64,000 nucleotides of DNA from Mobula hypostoma (Eukaryota): the NCBI RefSeq assembly GCF_963921235.1, contig NC_086108.1, positions 115,260,001 through 115,324,000 on the forward strand, in the 5' to 3' direction. The translations under genes and the position numbers were made by a program. This document shows positions 47,798 through 60,967 of this stretch, piece by piece (position 1 is the first letter of the stretch; each line of letters starts with the position of its first letter). The notes under the pieces are model-generated. The model saw only the letters and a list, made by a program, of their open reading frames with translations. It ran no database searches and was not told the DNA's origin.

Positions 47798-48254
47798 ACT
47801 CACCTCAGCACTGAACTGGCTCCGTGACTGGGGCCTGCGGCCATTGTCACTCACCTCAGCACTGAACTGGCTCCGTGACTGGGGCCTGCGGCCATTGTCA
47901 CTCACCTCAGCACTGAACTGGCTCCGTGACTGGGGCCTGCGGCCATTGTCACTCACCTCAGCACTGAACTGGCTCCGTGACTGGGGCCTGCGGCCATTGT
48001 CACTCACCTCAGCACTGAACTGGCTCCGTGACTGGGGCCTGCGGCCATTGTCACTCACCTCAGCACTGAACTGGCTCCGTGACTGGGGCCTGCGGCCATT
48101 GTCACTCACCTCAGCACTGAACTGGCTCCGTGACTGGGGCCTGCGGCCATTGTCACTCACCTCAGCACTGAACTGGCTCCGTGACTGGGGCCTGCGGCCA
48201 TTGTCACTCACCTCAGCACTGAACTGTCTCCGTGACTGGGGCCTGCAGCCACTG
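47798..48254. repeat. 51-bp tandem repeat: 8 identical copies and 1 diverged copy
   Basis: Unit ACTCACCTCAGCACTGAACTGGCTCCGTGACTGGGGCCTGCGGCCATTGTC, starting at 47798 and every 51 nt to 48206. Confidence 0.98.
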
Positions 48255-49499
48255 GGGTCATGAAAAGGTTCACAGGCCATAGTCACAGTCAGTCCTGGAA
48301 AGGTTGCAGTACTGAACTGCCTATAGACTCACTTTTGGGGACTCTGTAGTTCAAGCTCTGTGCATTATCTACTAACTTTTTTTATTGTTTGCATGATTTG
48401 TTCTTTCTTTCTTGTACATTGGATATTTGAGAGTCTGTTGTGTGGAGTGTTTCGAGGGTTCCCTTGTGTTTCTTTGTTTTGTGGCTGCCTGAAAGAAGAT
48501 TAATATGAGGGTTGTTTATCGTGTACATACTTTGAAGATAAATGTACTTTGACTTTGACGCTGAGTGGCTTATTCTTGCTTAACATCATCAAGGTAGACA
48601 ATATGGAAAGAGGTCCTTCAGCCCATCTTCTGCTGTGACTATCCCACTCTGAATCCTAGCAAGACTGCAACTTGTTGTGTTTGGGGACAGATTTCCCGTC
48701 AGTTCGTGCTGCTCAGTGGAGGAGAGCGTCTTCAGATGTGTCCCAGAGAGAAGCGGATATAAACAGCACAGAATTATCTCCCAGTTGTTCATTACTGACC
48801 CACTAACCTGCAAGAGTACACACTGATTCAGGTTCCACAACTGTTAGCGCCAAGCATGTGGAACATCAAGTGTTTTCCTCGAGTGTTTAATGCAGATGTT
48901 TGCTGAGAATTCCCCAGATGTTCACGCTGCTGGATCACCAGGTACTGAAACAGACTGAAAAATGATGGTCTTGGAGTTTTCCTGAAACTCCATTCTCCTG
49001 CTGTTTTCAGCTTCAGGAGCAGTTATTACCCCTCAATCATCAGGCTCCTGAGAGGCACAACTCCAAACTCATTCTGCAAACGATAGCCATACTTTCAACG
49101 ACTCCACAGATCTTGCTCTAAATACTATGTATTTCTTATTTATCTGTTATTATTATTTTGTTTTTCTTTTTGCATTTGCACTAGCTGTTGTCTTTTGAAG
49201 GTTGATTGTCTGTCTGTCTGTCTTTGTGTGCAGGTATTTAATTAATTCTGTTTGTCCCTTTGATCCTCTGAATGTCTGCAAGAACATGAACCTTGGGGTA
49301 GTAAATGGTGATGTATACATATTTTGACAACAAATTTACCTTGAAATTTGAACTTTGAACCCATCATCCAGTGATGTTTGGTAAGTTTGATCCACCACCA
49401 CCTCAGCCAGATACATGGCCCCATTTGTCCCTCGTTTCTGCATCAATTTGGATGGGAATGTACAAAGCATGGTTGGTAAGTTTGTGCATGATGTTAACC

Positions 49500-50540
49500 T
49501 TCACAAGGATGTTGCTGTCACTTGACCTGAGTCACAAGGAAAGATTGGAAAGGTGAGGACATTAATCTCCAGAACATGGAAGACTCGGGGTACATTTGAT
49601 AAGGGTACAAAATTATGAGGGGTATAAGACAGGAAAATGCAAACAGGCTTTTTCCACTGAGCTTGGGTGAGACTACAACTAGGGGTCATGGGCTAAGGGT
49701 GAAATGTGAAATTTTTAAGGGGAACATCAGTCGGAGGGTGGAGAGAGTGTGGAACGAGCTCCCGGTGAAAGTGGTGGGTGAAGGTTTGATTTAAGAGAAA
49801 TTTGGGTAGATCCATGGATGGGAGGGGTATGTAGGGCTGTGGTCTGGGAGTAGGCAGATTCACAGTTCAGTATGGACAAGATGGGCCGAAGGGTCTGTTT
49901 CAATGCTGTATAGTTCTATTTGATTCCATGACTATAATACAGGTGGTAGTACAGACAAAGAAGAGGGACTGTAACCAGCTGAGTAATTGGGCTGATGAAT
50001 GGCAAATGGAGGTTAACTCAGATAAGTGTTAGGTGTTGCATTTTGGGAGGCGAATGAGGGTAGGACTTTCCCAGTGAATGATACGGCCCTGGGGAGTTTG
50101 GTACAGAACACAGACCCAGACATACAGGTCCGTGGTTCCCTGACAGTGGCATTGCAGGGAGACAGGGTGGTGAAGAAGGTGTCTGGTATGCTGGCCCTCA
50201 TCAGTCAGGACATCAGGTTTACGAGTTGGGATGTTATATTGCAGTTTTGCAAGGTGAGGCCACACATTATATTGTGCAAAGTTCAGGTCACACAGTTAAA
50301 GCAAAGAGTACAAGGGAGATATATTCTCCTTTGCCTGTTTATTCCTCACCATAGGTGCTGCCTGACCTGCTGATTTCCTCCAGTATTTCATGGCTGAGGC
50401 TCCGCAATTCCAGCATCTGCAGAGTCTCTTTATGAGAATGTTGCTGGGACTTGAGTGCCTGGGTTATAGGGAGAGACAGGCAGCTGGGTCTTCCTTCATA
50501 AGAGAGTAGGGGGAAGAAGGGTGAAATTATTAAGATGTAC
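49500..50540 (+). mobile_element. Two old CR1 fragments, one interrupted by a partial hammerhead-element tail (~50330-50430)
   Basis: CR1 3' nucleotide motifs; ORF 50026-50373 contains GDRVVKKVSGMLALISQDI. Confidence 0.7.
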
Positions 50541-50542
50541 AA

Positions 50543-50673
50543 AGCACACTCCCAGGGTCAGACGCAGTGAAGCTCCCTCCACACCATCCCTTCACACACT
50601 CCTGGGGTCAGACACAGAGTGAAGCTCCCTCCACACTGTCCCATAACAATCTCCCAGGGTCAGAGACAGTGTG
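50543..50673. repeat. ~52-bp minisatellite, left part
   Basis: Unit CACACTCCCGGGGTCAGACACAGAGTGAAGCTCCCTC..ACTGTCCCATCA, same as 59358-59776. Confidence 0.9.
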
Positions 50674-53600
50674 GTGCTGTTCTGATTGAGCTGGGAGAAA
50701 TTGAGGAAAAACTGCCTAAAGTTTGTGAGATACTTTGGAGGGGATAGGAGGGCCTCTTGGACATCTCAGTGGCCGTTTTATGTGGAGGCTCTGCCTGGAG
50801 TTTTTAACCAGTTTGGACTGGGTTTGTTGGCGGCTGCTGAATGTGTAGTTTCCAGCTGTGGGCGCTGGCAACTCGGCAAGGAGCTGTGTCACTCTGAAAA
50901 CGATCCCTTCCTCCTTTGTCGTCGTGATTCTCTTTCGGTGTTGGAGCCGGAGCATTTAGACATCTCGACCTTTAACGGCTTCGAGTACTGTCCCAATTCT
51001 ACTCACTAGACCTGGAATATCTAGCAGTAAAGTGCTGTCCTTTTTATCCACCGCAGGAGTTCTCCGGGGTCATTTTAGTAGCAGTATACATTCCACCTCA
51101 GGCCAAAGTCAATCAGGCTTTAGATGATCTGAGTAATGGGATTAACATGAACGAAACAACGCACCCTAATGCCTTCACCATCGTTTTGGGATATTTTAAC
51201 CAGGCCACTCTGAAAATATCACTAAGCAATTACCAGCAACAGATCACTTGCAATACCAAAGGAAACAACACACTGGACCATTGCTACACCACCATCAAGA
51301 ATGCCTACCGTGCTATTCTACGCCCTCACTTCGGGAAGTCTGACCACCTGGCTGTACTTCTACTCCCTGAGTATAGACAGAGACTGAAAACTGCAGCACC
51401 AGCAGTGAGGACCAAGAAGGTATGGACAAGAGAAGCACAAGAGCGTCTACAGGACTGCTTTGAATCGGTGGTCTGGACTGTATTCAGAGATTCATCTTGT
51501 GGATGAATGTGTGTCTACAAAGACCTGCTGTACATTCCCAAACCAAAAGCCGTGGATGAACAAGGAAGTACATCGTCTGCTGAAGGCCAGATCTGTGGCA
51601 TTCAGGTCTGGCGACCCAGGCCTGTACCAGAAAACCAGGTATGATTTGTGAAGGGCTATTTCAAGGGCAAAGAGACAATTTCAAATGAGGTTGGAGGCAA
51701 CATCGGATGTACAACAACTCCGACAGGGTTTACAAAGCATTACTTCCTACAAAGAGAAACCTAATAGCATGAATGGCAGCGATGCTTCACTACCAGATGA
51801 ACGCAACATGTTTTATACTCGCTTTGAAAGAGAGGATACAACTACAGCTGTGAAGATCCCTGCTGCACCTGATGATCCTGTGATCTCTGTCTCAGAGGCC
51901 GATGTTAGACTGTCTTTAAAGAAGGTGAATCCTCACAAGGCAGTAGGTTCCGATGGAATACCTGGTAAGACTCTGCAAACCTGTGCCAACCAACTGGCAG
52001 GAGTATTGGAGGACATTTTCATCCTCTCACTGCTACGGGGTGGAAGTTCCCACTTGCTTAAAAAGGCAACAATTATACCAGTGCCTAAGAAGAATAATAT
52101 GAGCTGACTTAATGACTATCACCCAGTAGGACTCACATCGACAGTGATGAAATGCTTTGAGAGGTTGGTCATGACTAGACTGAACTCCTGCCCCAGCAAG
52201 GACCTGGACCCACTGCAATTTGCCTATCGTCACAATAGGTCAATGGCAGACGCAATCTCAATGGCTCTTCACATGGCTTTAGACCACCTGGACAACAGAA
52301 ACACCTATGTCAGGATGCTGTTCATCGACTATAGCTCAGCATTTAATACCATCATTCCTACAATCCTGATTGAGAAGTTGCAGAACCTGGGCCTCTGTAC
52401 CTCCCTCTGCAATTGGATCCTCGACTTTCTAACTGGAAGACCACAATCTGTGCAGATTGGTGATAACATCCCCACCTCGCTGATGATCAACACTGGCGCA
52501 CCTCAGGGGTGTGTGCTTAGCCCACTGCTCTACTCTCTATATACACATGACTGTGTGGCTAGGCATAGCTCAAATACCATCTACAAATTTGCTGATGATA
52601 CAGTCATTGTTGATGGAATCTCAGGTAGTGACGAGAGGGCGTACAGGAGTGAGATATGCCAACTAGTGGAGTGGTGCCACAGCAACAACTTGGCACTCAA
52701 CGTCAGTAAGACGTAAGAGCTGATTGTGGATTTCAGGAAGGGTAAGACGAAGGAACACATACCAATCCTCAGAGGGATCAGAAGTGGAGAGAGTGAGCAG
52801 CTTCAAGTTCCTGGGTGTCAAGATCTCTGAGGATCTAACCTGGTCCCAACATATCGATGCAATTATAATGAAGACAAGATAGCGACTATACTTCATTAGG
52901 AGTTTGAAGAGATTTGGCATGTCAACAAATACACTCAAAAACTTCTATATTTGTACCGTGGAGAGCATTGTGACAGGCTGCATCACTGTCTGGTGTGGAG
53001 GGGATACTGCACAGGACCCAAAGAAGCTGCAGAGGGTTGTAAATATAGTTGGCTCCATCTTGGGTACTAGCCTACAAAGTACCCAGGACATCTTCAGGGA
53101 GCAGTGTCTCAGAAAGGCAGCGTCCATTATTAGGAACCTTCAGCACCCAGGGCATATCCTTTTCTCACTGTTACCATCAGGTAGGAGGTACAGAAGCCTG
53201 AAGACACACACTCAGTGATTCAGGAACAGCTTCTTCCCCTCTGCCATCTGATTCCTAAATGGACATTGAACCCTTGGACACTACCTCACTTTTTAAATAT
53301 ATATATTATTTCCGTTTCTCCCCCCACGATTTTAATCTATTCAGTATACGTATGCTGTAATTGATTTATTTATTATTATTATTATTTTATTTTGTTTTTT
53401 TCTTCTATGTTATGTATTGTGTTGAACTGCTGCTGCTGAGTTAACAAATTTTACGTCACATGCCGGTGATCTGAACTCTGAATTCTTCGGGACCGACGGT
53501 GCCTTTCTTGGGTTTGGAATTTCTGGCGTCGAGCCACTAAGGTACTGTCGAGTGCTGGGTGCCTTCCTACTGCCCCAGCAACAGAAGAATTCCCTTCATT

Positions 53601-56600
53601 CCAGCAGTTTAACACGAGTCTGAACCGTCTGTAACATGTTCCTGTTTCTCAGGACCCAAAACGCCGGGGCGGGCGAACTGCGGGAAGTTCCAGACTTTTC
53701 CGACCAGTAATACTACTCGCTCCAGCACTTAATCACCGGCACCGCCGCATAGTTTTCGCTTCGGACATAGTGCCACCACGCCGGACCGGTCTCCAGGGGT
53801 CGCAGATCTCCAGCGAATTATGCAAAGGCGGCTGGCCCTCCGCGCTCGGCCAATGCCCTGTTTCGGTCCGTGGAAGATGAACGCGGGGTGCAATGTAGTT
53901 TGCGTCCTGGAATAGCTCTGGAACAATGTGCGGAGGCCGTAGGGGGCTGGGTCGGAGGGCGGTAGTTTGGCCTCCGAAAAAGAGTTCGGGAAGGCAGTGT
54001 TTTATCTCGGGAAGGGTGAGTTGGTGCAACGGGCTCTCAGTAGGGGAATCACGGTGGAAGACATCTTTTTACAGATAGAGCTGGTGATATCTCCCTCGCA
54101 TCGAATCAACCTCGATCACGTCAAGCCTTTCATTCCCAACGAGATCCTCCTTCCCCATCTAGCCTTCTTGGGACAAGGAAGGCCAGAGATAACTGCCATA
54201 AGACACACATTTAAGAGACGCAGCCTCTGCAGGTTCATCTCCTACCGGCGCCAGGTGTTCATGCAGCTGGCACGGGAGGACGACGTTGAGGGCCGGTTTA
54301 CTGTCCGGCACAAGGGGGGCAGGTCATCCGGTGTATTAGAGCTCCGAGCGCCCGCGGTGCCATGCGTGGGGGGAGGTGGGACTCTTTCGGAGTGGCAGCC
54401 CCAACACCTGCCCTAAGAAGCCCACGCCTGACACCAGGGCCCAAGGTGACCCTGCCCCGTTCCTACTCCTGCGCCTGCCCTATGGGGGATGCGGGATCTC
54501 GAGGCTACACGCAGCGAGGGGACGGCAGGAGCCTCCGCGGGGCAAGAAGGCGGAGAAGAAATCCAAATACCCCGAGAACGCAAAGCTCACGCCCACTCCC
54601 GTGTCCTGTACCGAGAAACCCACCTGCCCTGAAGTGCAGCGGGAGGCCAGGGGAAGTGCGCAGGCGGACGGAGCGATGGAAGCGCAGTGCGCCGCGGCAT
54701 CAGCGAGTGAATCCCGAACCTGTGTTTTCCTCCGGCCTGAAGAGGAGAAGGAGATCTTCCCCCAAGAAGGCAGGGAATGTAGATGTGGGGGAGTCCCCGG
54801 AAGGCCTCCAGTCCAGTGGGGCGCGAAATTTTGTGCAGGATGGTGGTGTTCGCCCGGTTCGCGCAACTGAGACCGCCCTGGACCCTCCACCCAGGACTCA
54901 GACACTTCCCTGGAGGCAAGTGCATTAGATGATGTGAGCGGAGCGGAGCCCGGCTTCTCTCACTCTCAGCATCGGGCTCTCGGTGGACTCCTAGAACCGG
55001 AGTTGCCAGGGCCCACCCTCGTGCCTGGTTCCTGCGGAGGATTATGTACCCCCCACGCCGACCCCATCAACGCTTGATTCACAGTGAGTTCCTGGGAATG
55101 ACCGCTCCACTGGCGTAACTGTGGATAAGGCTGATGCGACAGTGGAGCAGGCAGGTGTGACGAGGTACCTGCTGCGCAGTGTGGGGCACAAGCGCTGCCG
55201 TCTGCTAGCGCCCACGGGGAGGAAGGTGGGGGCTCTGTGTTGTGTGAGGGGCTGGAGGGAGACTCATTTGATAGCGAGACGATGGACATTCTCACCCCTC
55301 CCGAGAAGTCCCCGTTGATACCCGTGGCAGAAATCAGAGAGTTTATTCTCACCTCTGAGGGTGCAAAGCGTCGGCCGAGACTTGCCTCCCTGCGCTGGCC
55401 TCACATGTCGAGGCTGGTGAAGTCCTTGCGTGTCATCCACAGACGGAAAGGGGAAGGAAAGAGCAATGCTGTGTCTGGGAATGATAGGCGACGGCTAAAA
55501 TCCTTCCTGGATGACACGGCGAGGGACATCAGCGTGGGAGGCAGCCTCGCTCCTTCGGGAGATGGTGGGTTACAGGGTGGCGTTGGCATCAAAGCGAAGA
55601 GCAATCTTGTTTTTTTCTTTCTGGGGAGTGTGGTTGAGAGCGCCTCCGCTCTCACCGCGAAGGACGCTGGTGCAGAGGCCTGGTGTACTCCCGACAGGGA
55701 GCTCATCGTAGCTAGTCGAAATGTAAACGGTCGCAGGGGGTTTCTCCGCAGACTTAACAATCTCACAGTCCTCATGAATGGGAGATAATGCTGGGTGAGT
55801 TTCCTGCAGGAAACCCATACCATTCCAAGGGACGAGTCCACTTGGCTCCTGGACTGGCAGGGAGGGGTCTACACGAGCCACCTCAGCTCCAACTCCAGTG
55901 GCCCCAACCTTTCAACCCGTGTGCTGGGATGGTGCGCCTCTGCGTTTATCAATGTGTATACCCCGAGGCGCGGGGTGGTGCAGACGCGTCTATTCTGCCA
56001 GCTCGCCACTCTGCTGAGCTCCATCGACCCCGACGACAGCGTCATCCTCGGGGGAGACTTCAACTGTACCCTCGAGTTGAGGACCGCTTTGGTCGCCAGC
56101 GCGACCCAGCGTCGGCAAAGAAGTTCAAGGAGATAGTCGGTTTCTTTGACTTGCTGGACACCTCGCGGAATCTTCACCCTGACTCTAGCGCCTTCTCAAG
56201 AAGGTCTAGAGGGGGAGGTCTTCCCGCATAGACCGCCTCTACATCTCTCAGGCGTACAGCTCCCGCATCCCCCATGCGGCCGGTGTCGTGCTCGGACCAT
56301 CACCTTGTGTGGATGGAATTTGCTCCTCTGCACTCTCGGGTGGGACCCGGGTATTGGCATTTTAACAACCGGCTGCTGGAGGACAGCCGATTCCGGGATT
56401 CGTTCCGAGCGTTCTGGGTCACCTGGAGGGAGAGACGGGGGTTTTCGGCTCCCTCCGGCTATGGTGGGATGTGGGCAAAGCCCATATCCAGTTTTTTTTT
56501 AATGTCGGGAGTACACTGGGAGATCGTAGAAGAGGCGGGGCTCTGAGACTGAGCGGCTTGAGAGAGCGTTGCTTGACCTAGAGTCCCATCTTGGCCCGAC

Positions 56601-59357
56601 CGCTGGGGACCAGCAGTTATCGCAGGAACACCAGGAGAAGAAGGACGTACTGAGGGATCTGCAGCTCCAACAGTTCTGAGATGCTTCCGTGAGGTCACGG
56701 ATCCACATGCTGCAGGATTTGGACCGTGACTTACCCATCTTCTGCTCGTTGGAGAGGTGGTGGGGAGTCCAAAAGCAGCTAGTGGAGCTGATGGCTGCTG
56801 ATGGCTCCTCCGTCACGGACCCTGATGAAATCAACACAGACGTCCGCGCTTTTTATCGGTCCTTATTCTCACCAGACCCACCAAATTCAGAGGCGTACAA
56901 TGAGATCTGGAAGGATTTGCCTAAGGTCAGCCCAGAGGACGAAGTGGGTCTGGACACTCCCCTGACTCGGGCGGAGCTGTTACGGCCCTTTAGTAACTCC
57001 GAAGGGTTTTGTCCACTGGCTTAGATGGACTGAGTGTAGGGTTTTATCAGGCTTTCTGGGATGTCCTGGGGGATGACTACAGCCTTGTCCTAGGGGACAG
57101 CCTAGCCACCGGAGAAATGCCCCTGACATGGCGGAGAGATGTTGTGGTCCTACTGCCCAAGAAGGGAGACCTCCGCCTGCTAAAGAACTAGCGTCCGGTC
57201 TCTCTCTCGTGCGCGGACTACAATGTCACTTCGCCCGGGCAATGGCCAACTGTCTTGGCTCGGTGTCGAGACAGGTGATCCATCCTGACAATCTTACACA
57301 GTCCCGGGCCGCTCCATCCAGGACAATGTCCACCCAGTACGGGACCTGATCCACCTGCTCCAGAAACTGGGTCCCCCGGCAGCGTTTCTCGTGACGAGGC
57401 GAAGGCATTTGACCCGGTTGTCAACAGTTTCCTGCTGGGCATTCGGCAGGCATTTGGGCTCGGACCACACCTTGTAGCCCGAGTTCGGCTTCCATACTCT
57501 GCCGCAGCGTGCCTTGTTAAAGTCAGCGGATCATTGACAGCGCCTATTCCCTACAGAAGAGGAGTACGTCAGGGGTGCCCCATGTCCGGCCAGTTGAATG
57601 CGATCTGTGTCGAGCCATTCCTGATCCTTTTCGGCGGAGGCTGACGGGTCTGGTTCTGCGTGAAGCGGACGTGGAGGTCGTCCTCTTGGCCTCCGCCGAT
57701 GATGTACTCCTCATGGTGACAGATCCCAGTGACCTGCCGAGGGTGGGCGACTGCCAGGAAGTTTTCTTGGCTGCATCCTCCGCTAGGATCAACTGGGCGA
57801 AATGTTCCGGACTCTTAATGGGTCAGTGGCAGGTGGAGTCCCTACTGGAGGAGATGAGAGCTTTTGAGTGGAGCACCAGGCATCTCCTCTATCTGGGTGT
57901 CTACCCCTTCTGGGGAGGCCTGGCTGGCGAACTGGCAGAACTTGGAGACGAACGTCATGGCCCGGCTGAGGCGCTGATCAGGCCTTCTCAGGGTGCTTTC
58001 CTATCGAGGCAGGGTGGTGGTCATAAACCAGCTGGTGGCCTCCATGTTGTGGTACTAGTTGGTCACCTTGGCCTCAACTGCCCCCCTTTTGTCGCAAGAA
58101 TTCAGAGGAAGTTCGTGGACTTCTTCTTGGGTAACAGGACACACTGGGTCTCCACAGCGGTCTTGACTCCCAGTGGGAGAGGGCGGAGAGTCGCTGATGT
58201 GTGTACGTACGCGACTGGCGGCTCTCCGCCTCAGGACTCTGCAGAGATTCCTGTACGCCGAGCACCCTCCCAGGTGGCACGTGTTGGCGACTTTCTTCCT
58301 CCGGAGGGGCTGCTGTCTTCGCGAAGAGATGCGGCTACCAGCGGCGGCGTCAGCCGTGCTGCTTTGCGGAGTCTGCCCGGCTTCTATCAGGACCTACTGA
58401 GAGTCTGGAACATGGTTGCCTCAGGCCGGGAATTCCCTCCTCCGGCAGAAGACGGAGTCCTGGCCGACCCTTGCCTCACCTCAACCGATATCGGTGCGGC
58501 TCAGGTGTTGGAACGACTCGGGCTGAGCTGCTGGTCGGGCCCAGGCCCCGCAATCTTGTCCGAGAGCCGAGTCCGTCTCTCCTCGACACCCACAATCCCA
58601 TTCAGGCATGCATGTGGGAGGTACCCATATGGGCTGCTGCTCCACACCCTCCACCTCCCAGCCCTTGTCCACTGTCCCGACACGACATGGCAGTCTGTCT
58701 TTCCACCTGGTGGTGAGGGAGTACCCCAATGGAAGTCCTTTTGTGAGAGCGTTCTTCCCACGCACCTGGGGGATCTGAGGCTGCTGTATAGAGCGGCGCC
58801 CTGCAATCAGTTCTTTAGTTTGTACACGGATCTCCCAGCCGCATGTCACTTCTGCGGACTGGAGGAGACCGTGTACCACATGTACATGGAGTGTGTGAGG
58901 CTGCAGCCCCTTTTTACGTATCTGTGTGGGCTGTTTTCGCCTACTGGTTGCATTTTAGCCCCACCCTATTTCTATACGGTCATCCAGTAAGGAGGGGGGC
59001 ATGGAGGGATTAGAATGCCCTTGTCAACTTGCTCTTGTGGCTGGCGAAATCAGCCATCCGTGGGTCTTGGAAACGGGTGGCGGGAGGATCTGCCCGAGTA
59101 GACTGCCCGGCAATGTTGAGGGAGTATGTTCGTGTCCGGGTGAATATTGAAAAGGTACACGCGCTGTCCACGGCGACTTTAGAGGCGTTCCGAGACCACT
59201 GGGCTCCGCGGGGTGTAATTGCCATCATTGACAGAGATGGAAACATTTTAGATAATTTGTGTATTGTCTATTTGTAGTGAAATAATTGTGTTAGTCATTC
59301 TTTTATATATATTGCACTGAATTTGTAATAAGGATATTTTGTACATTATATAAAAAA
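50674..59357 (+). mobile_element. Near full-length, decayed Tx1-type (L1 clade) retrotransposon: putative 5' UTR, ORF1 (~53870-55600), ORF2 (~55696-59277), A-rich end
   Basis: ORF1 VKPFIPNEILLPHL, ISYRRQVFMQL, knuckle remnant RCHA. ORF2 IVASRNVNG, FLQETH, NVYTP, ILGGDFNCTL, SDHHLV, GYWHFNNRLLED, GLDGLSVGFY, LLPKKGDL, RGVRQGCPMSG, ADDV, CHFCGLEETVYHMYMEC. The 5' boundary is inferred. Confidence 0.88.
51001..53480 (+). mobile_element. Rex1/Babar LINE (partial endonuclease + RT), 5'-truncated, with 6-bp TSD
   Basis: [80 protein letters not shown] at 50995-51000 and 53481-53486. Confidence 0.93.
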
Positions 59358-59776
59358 GGGGTAATACACAGAGAGAAGCTCCCTCTGCACCATCCCATCA
59401 CACACTACTGGGGTCAGACAGAGAAAGAATTTCCCTCCACACTGTCCCATCAGACACTCTCAGGGTCAGACACAGAGAGAAGCTCCCTCAATACCGTCCC
59501 ATCACACACTCCCAGGGTCAGATAAAGTGAGAAGCTCCCTCCATACTGTCCCATCACACACTCCCAAAGTCAGACACCGACAGATGTCCCTCTATCCTGT
59601 TTCATAGTGCACTCCCAGCGTTAGACACAGAATGAAGTTCCCTCTGCACTGTCCCATCACACACTCCCGGGGTTAGACACAGACTGAATCTCCCTCAACA
59701 CCGTCCCATCACACACTCCCGGGGTCAGGCACAGTAAAGTTCCTTCATGCTGTCCCATCACAGTCTCCTGGGGTCA
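59358..59776. repeat. ~52-bp minisatellite, right part, ~8 diverged units
   Basis: GGGTCAGACA recurs at 59411, 59463 and onward. Confidence 0.92.
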
Positions 59777-60967
59777 CTACTGAGTGAAATTGAGGAATAC
59801 GCACACACTAATTTTTTCAGGGATATACGTTGATAAGCCTCTCTGTGCTCCACTGGCCCACACTCTGTTTGTTAGACAGCTGGATAACTCCATCACTGGA
59901 GTGTTGAAGAATGATGTTTGGTGTCTCACTATAAATAGTTGTACATCTCTGAAACATTCAGTGACAGCATTTGTGAAACTGCAGAGCGTTGGGAAACGAG
60001 GGACAGAAGTTGCCTCCTGCTTTCTGAGAGCAGAGGCTGGTTTCTGCTCCTGTCTTTGTACCACTGGCTGGTAAAACAATTCCTCATCAACAAAAGGTTT
60101 AGGAGCAGGGGAGGCCAATCAGTCCCTTGATCTGCTCTGCTATCACCATCACATGACCAATCTGCACATTCCCTGCACTATCCCAATATTCCTTGAATCT
60201 GTCATTTCAGATCCATCGGTTCTGGTCTGATTGAAGTCTGTGACTGAAACTCCACAGCTCTGGGATAGGGAATTCCAGGGATTCACCCCCCCCCACACAC
60301 CCCACAACTTTCTCTTGTCCTTGGTTCAAAGTGTCTGATTACTCACTCTGTATCTGACCCCTCACTCTGGTCTGGGGTTGGATGACCTGTGTGAAATGGT
60401 TGGGTGACTGGGAGGGATGAAAAATGACCGAGAGGAGTCCCGGTCCGTCTGGGTCTGTAAGTTCTCTGGGAAGTGGCTGCCAGGTTGGATAAAACCAGAG
60501 GGTGAAGTGAAGGTGGGGAAGGGAGATGTCTGGGGAGAAGGGGAATTCAGTAATGCACTGTTGATCCCACAAGATTCCCACTTAAACACCATCCCATCTC
60601 ACAACATACCTGCTGCATCCAGTCCCAGGAACTTCTGCAAAGTTCCAGGTAAATCTGCACTGTTCCAGATCCACAGCCCTGCAGGACAACTTCCCCACTG
60701 TCCACAGAACCTCTCACCCTCTGTTTCCCCTGGAGGGGGTTGACACTGACCCCACCTAGTGCAGAATCACAGCCGGCGGCTGCTCACTGACTCACCACCC
60801 CCCATTCCATGCCCTCTCCAATGTGCAGAGTCAGATTCCATGTGACAAGTGTCGTTCAAGTTTATTGTCATCTGACTGTACATGTCTACAACCAAACCAA
60901 ATAACATTCCTCTGGACAATGGTGTATCCAAAAAATGTATCTCACACACAGTGCATAAACCAAAACA

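Noticed and set aside
47798..48254. CRISPR-like array
   Set aside because: Units are contiguous with no unique spacers, there are no cas genes, and the context is vertebrate.
59777..60130. Possible exon or ORFs in unique sequence after the satellite
   Set aside because: Acceptor-like TTTTTTCAG and open frames exist, but there is no recognisable protein and no partner exons.
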